Assembly: GCA_964355645.1 (NCBI GenBank)
Contig: CAYHDI010000004.1
Location: 1-48,346 of the forward strand
DNA length: 48,346 nucleotides
Source of the DNA: an uncultured Candidatus Saccharibacteria bacterium
Lineage (GTDB): Bacteria; Patescibacteriota; Minisyncoccia; Phycocordibacterales; Zambryskibacteraceae
Reading direction: 5' to 3'
In this document: piece after piece, positions 46,216 to 48,346 of the stretch
Layout of the letters: each line of letters starts with the position of its first letter
Position numbering within the stretch: the first letter of the stretch is position 1
The notes under the pieces: model-generated
The model's input: only the letters and a program-made list of their open reading frames with translations
What the model was told of the DNA's origin: nothing
Databases searched by the model: none
Program-made: the position numbers and the translations under genes

Positions 46216-46683
46216 TTAATGGAAAATTAGGGCATTCATTAGGTCACACTTGAACCAAAATGGAGAAGTGTGTCCATATTCCCCAGTGACCAAATGTGAC
46301 ACCTCATGCTTGAAGGTTTCCGGGGTGACATTACCCCGACCGAATGTGATTGTGTGCCCCCATGCATATCCCACGAACGGACCAACGCCTTCCTTGTTGT
46401 AGAATAGGCTGTCCGGAGACATGAAGAAATGTAGGTCGCTGTACGCCGGTGCATTCTTGCGAATAATTCCTCCATTCGCGATGATGCATACTTTGACTGC
46501 ATCATACGCGAATGGGAACCAGTCCAGCGGAACAATCTCCATCGAAGGAATAATCGGGCTCACTGTTGTGGCCGAATAGAAACCTGCTGTACGGTCAGTC
46601 CCCATGATGGCCGTACAAGATGACACGCAGACTACTAGAAACAGTCTTAGAGCGTCTGCTGATTTGCGAAAGAACGCACGCAT
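46216..46683 (-). CDS. Putative lipoprotein with zincin HExxH motif
   Basis: Signal peptide ending VSS-C (lipobox-like), FKHEVSHLVTGEYGH; GGGAGG SD upstream. Confidence 0.7.
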   Translation of the reverse strand: MRAFFRKSADALRLFLVVCVSSCTAIMGTDRTAGFYSATTVSPIIPSMEIVPLDWFPFAYDAVKVCIIANGGIIRKNAPAYSDLHFFMSPDSLFYNKEGVGPFVGYAWGHTITFGRGNVTPETFKHEVSHLVTGEYGHTSPFWFKCDLMNALIFH

Positions 46684-46726
46684 CCTGCCTCCCGTAGTTA
46701 GTGTGTGCAGTGTGGTGACTACTGCT

Positions 46727-46756
46727 ATTATACGACAATTAGAGGTTAATTGTCAA
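46727..46756 (-). promoter_or_regulatory. Perfect sigma70 promoter with an embedded palindrome
   Basis: TTGACA-18-TATAAT; GACAATTA-N5-TAATTGTC (46734-46754). Confidence 0.8.
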
Positions 46757-46757
46757 C

Positions 46758-46796
46758 AAAAAAGCCCGCCTGCTCCCGACTAAAGGGAAGGCGGGC
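46758..46796 (-). terminator. Intrinsic terminator
   Basis: GCCCGCCT/AGGCGGGC stem plus T6 on the minus strand. Confidence 0.8.
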
Positions 46797-46860
46797 AGGA
46801 CCTCACCGTTTGATGGGTCTGTGTGCGCCCGGGCGTTCGCCCGGGCGCTTGCTTTGAAAC

Positions 46861-47100
46861 CTACTTCCACTCATCCGCGGAATAGTCACATTCGACGTAC
46901 GACTTGCACGGACCCGGAGTCATCCCGTCGGGATAAGTCTCTCGAAATCCGTCGACCCCGGGGCTGACCGCGGGCCAGTTCGGCGCGTTGTCGAACCCGT
47001 GAATGTGCAAGTAGATCAACAACTTCCGATCCGTCGATGTGTGATTCACGGTGAACTTACTGTGTCGGCCGTCGCGGTAACGAACGCGAATGTTTCGTGG
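46861..47100 (-). CDS. High-GC3 ORFan or 5'-truncated gene fragment; start uncertain
   Basis: The frame of ORF 46861..47223 shows strong G/C third-position bias from ~47100 to the TAG. The track's start lies upstream of a terminator, so it is unlikely. Confidence 0.4.
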   Translation of the reverse strand, partial: PRNIRVRYRDGRHSKFTVNHTSTDRKLLIYLHIHGFDNAPNWPAVSPGVDGFRETYPDGMTPGPCKSYVECDYSADEWK

Positions 47101-47142
47101 TCGCGAACTATTAACGTATCTGAACAGTAACCTCAGGCAACA

Positions 47143-47179
47143 CAAAACCCCGCACCAGAGCTTGCGCGCGGTGCGGGGT
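47143..47179 (-). terminator. Intrinsic terminator ending the 16S transcript
   Basis: ACCCCGCACC/GGTGCGGGGT 10-bp stem followed by TTTT on the minus strand, ~190 nt past the 16S 3' end. Confidence 0.8.
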
Positions 47180-47368
47180 AATGTTTGTTTATCGTTCTCT
47201 ATTTTGTTCCGTTCCTTCGACACGCTGTAGCTCTTGCGAGCGCAAGCGGTTTGCGTCTTTCTTTCAAGAGGTCAAAACATTTATAGGAATATGTTTAAAT
47301 CCATTGCGAATCCTTAAGGAATCCACAATATTGACTCGATCAGTCGCGACTCTCGTCGGACATTTTCA

Positions 47369-48346
<978 letters not shown>

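Overview
This window looks like chromosome from a Patescibacteria/CPR bacterium, most like Parcubacteria (OD1). That call rests on the divergent 16S, the gene repertoire and TGA used as a stop. Left to right: (1) a >1130-aa membrane-anchored surface protein with an N-terminal HTH, running off the left edge and missed by the ORF track; (2) a housekeeping block (lepB, MerR-like HTH, gatB, PaaX/Cas2-like gene, obgE, MYG1, DsbB/thioredoxin pair, DUF559 nuclease, secA, a 25-aa Lys-rich peptide); (3) a ~28 kb cell-surface glycan locus (O-antigen-ligase/TPR protein, gmd, fcl, wzm/wzt, rmlB-fdtA-fdtB, GT11, several GT4/GT2, asnB, about nine SAM methyltransferases); (4) a VirD4/TraG-like ATPase, DUF4015 and DedA; (5) tRNA-Ile(GAU), an array of self-contained promoter-SD-ORFan-terminator cassettes, and the 3' half of an unlinked 16S rRNA with a structured ~130-nt insertion and no anti-Shine-Dalgarno tail. 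The most interesting unexplained structure is a set of small palindromic and heptameric repeat families. One family forms inverted ends around the DUF559 nuclease gene, and several sit in frame inside essential genes (gatB twice, secA, VirD4-like) or inside the 16S. The Cas2-fold PaaX-like gene is bracketed by two 37-bp quasi-palindromic direct repeats. All family assignments come from motif recognition by eye; no database search was run.
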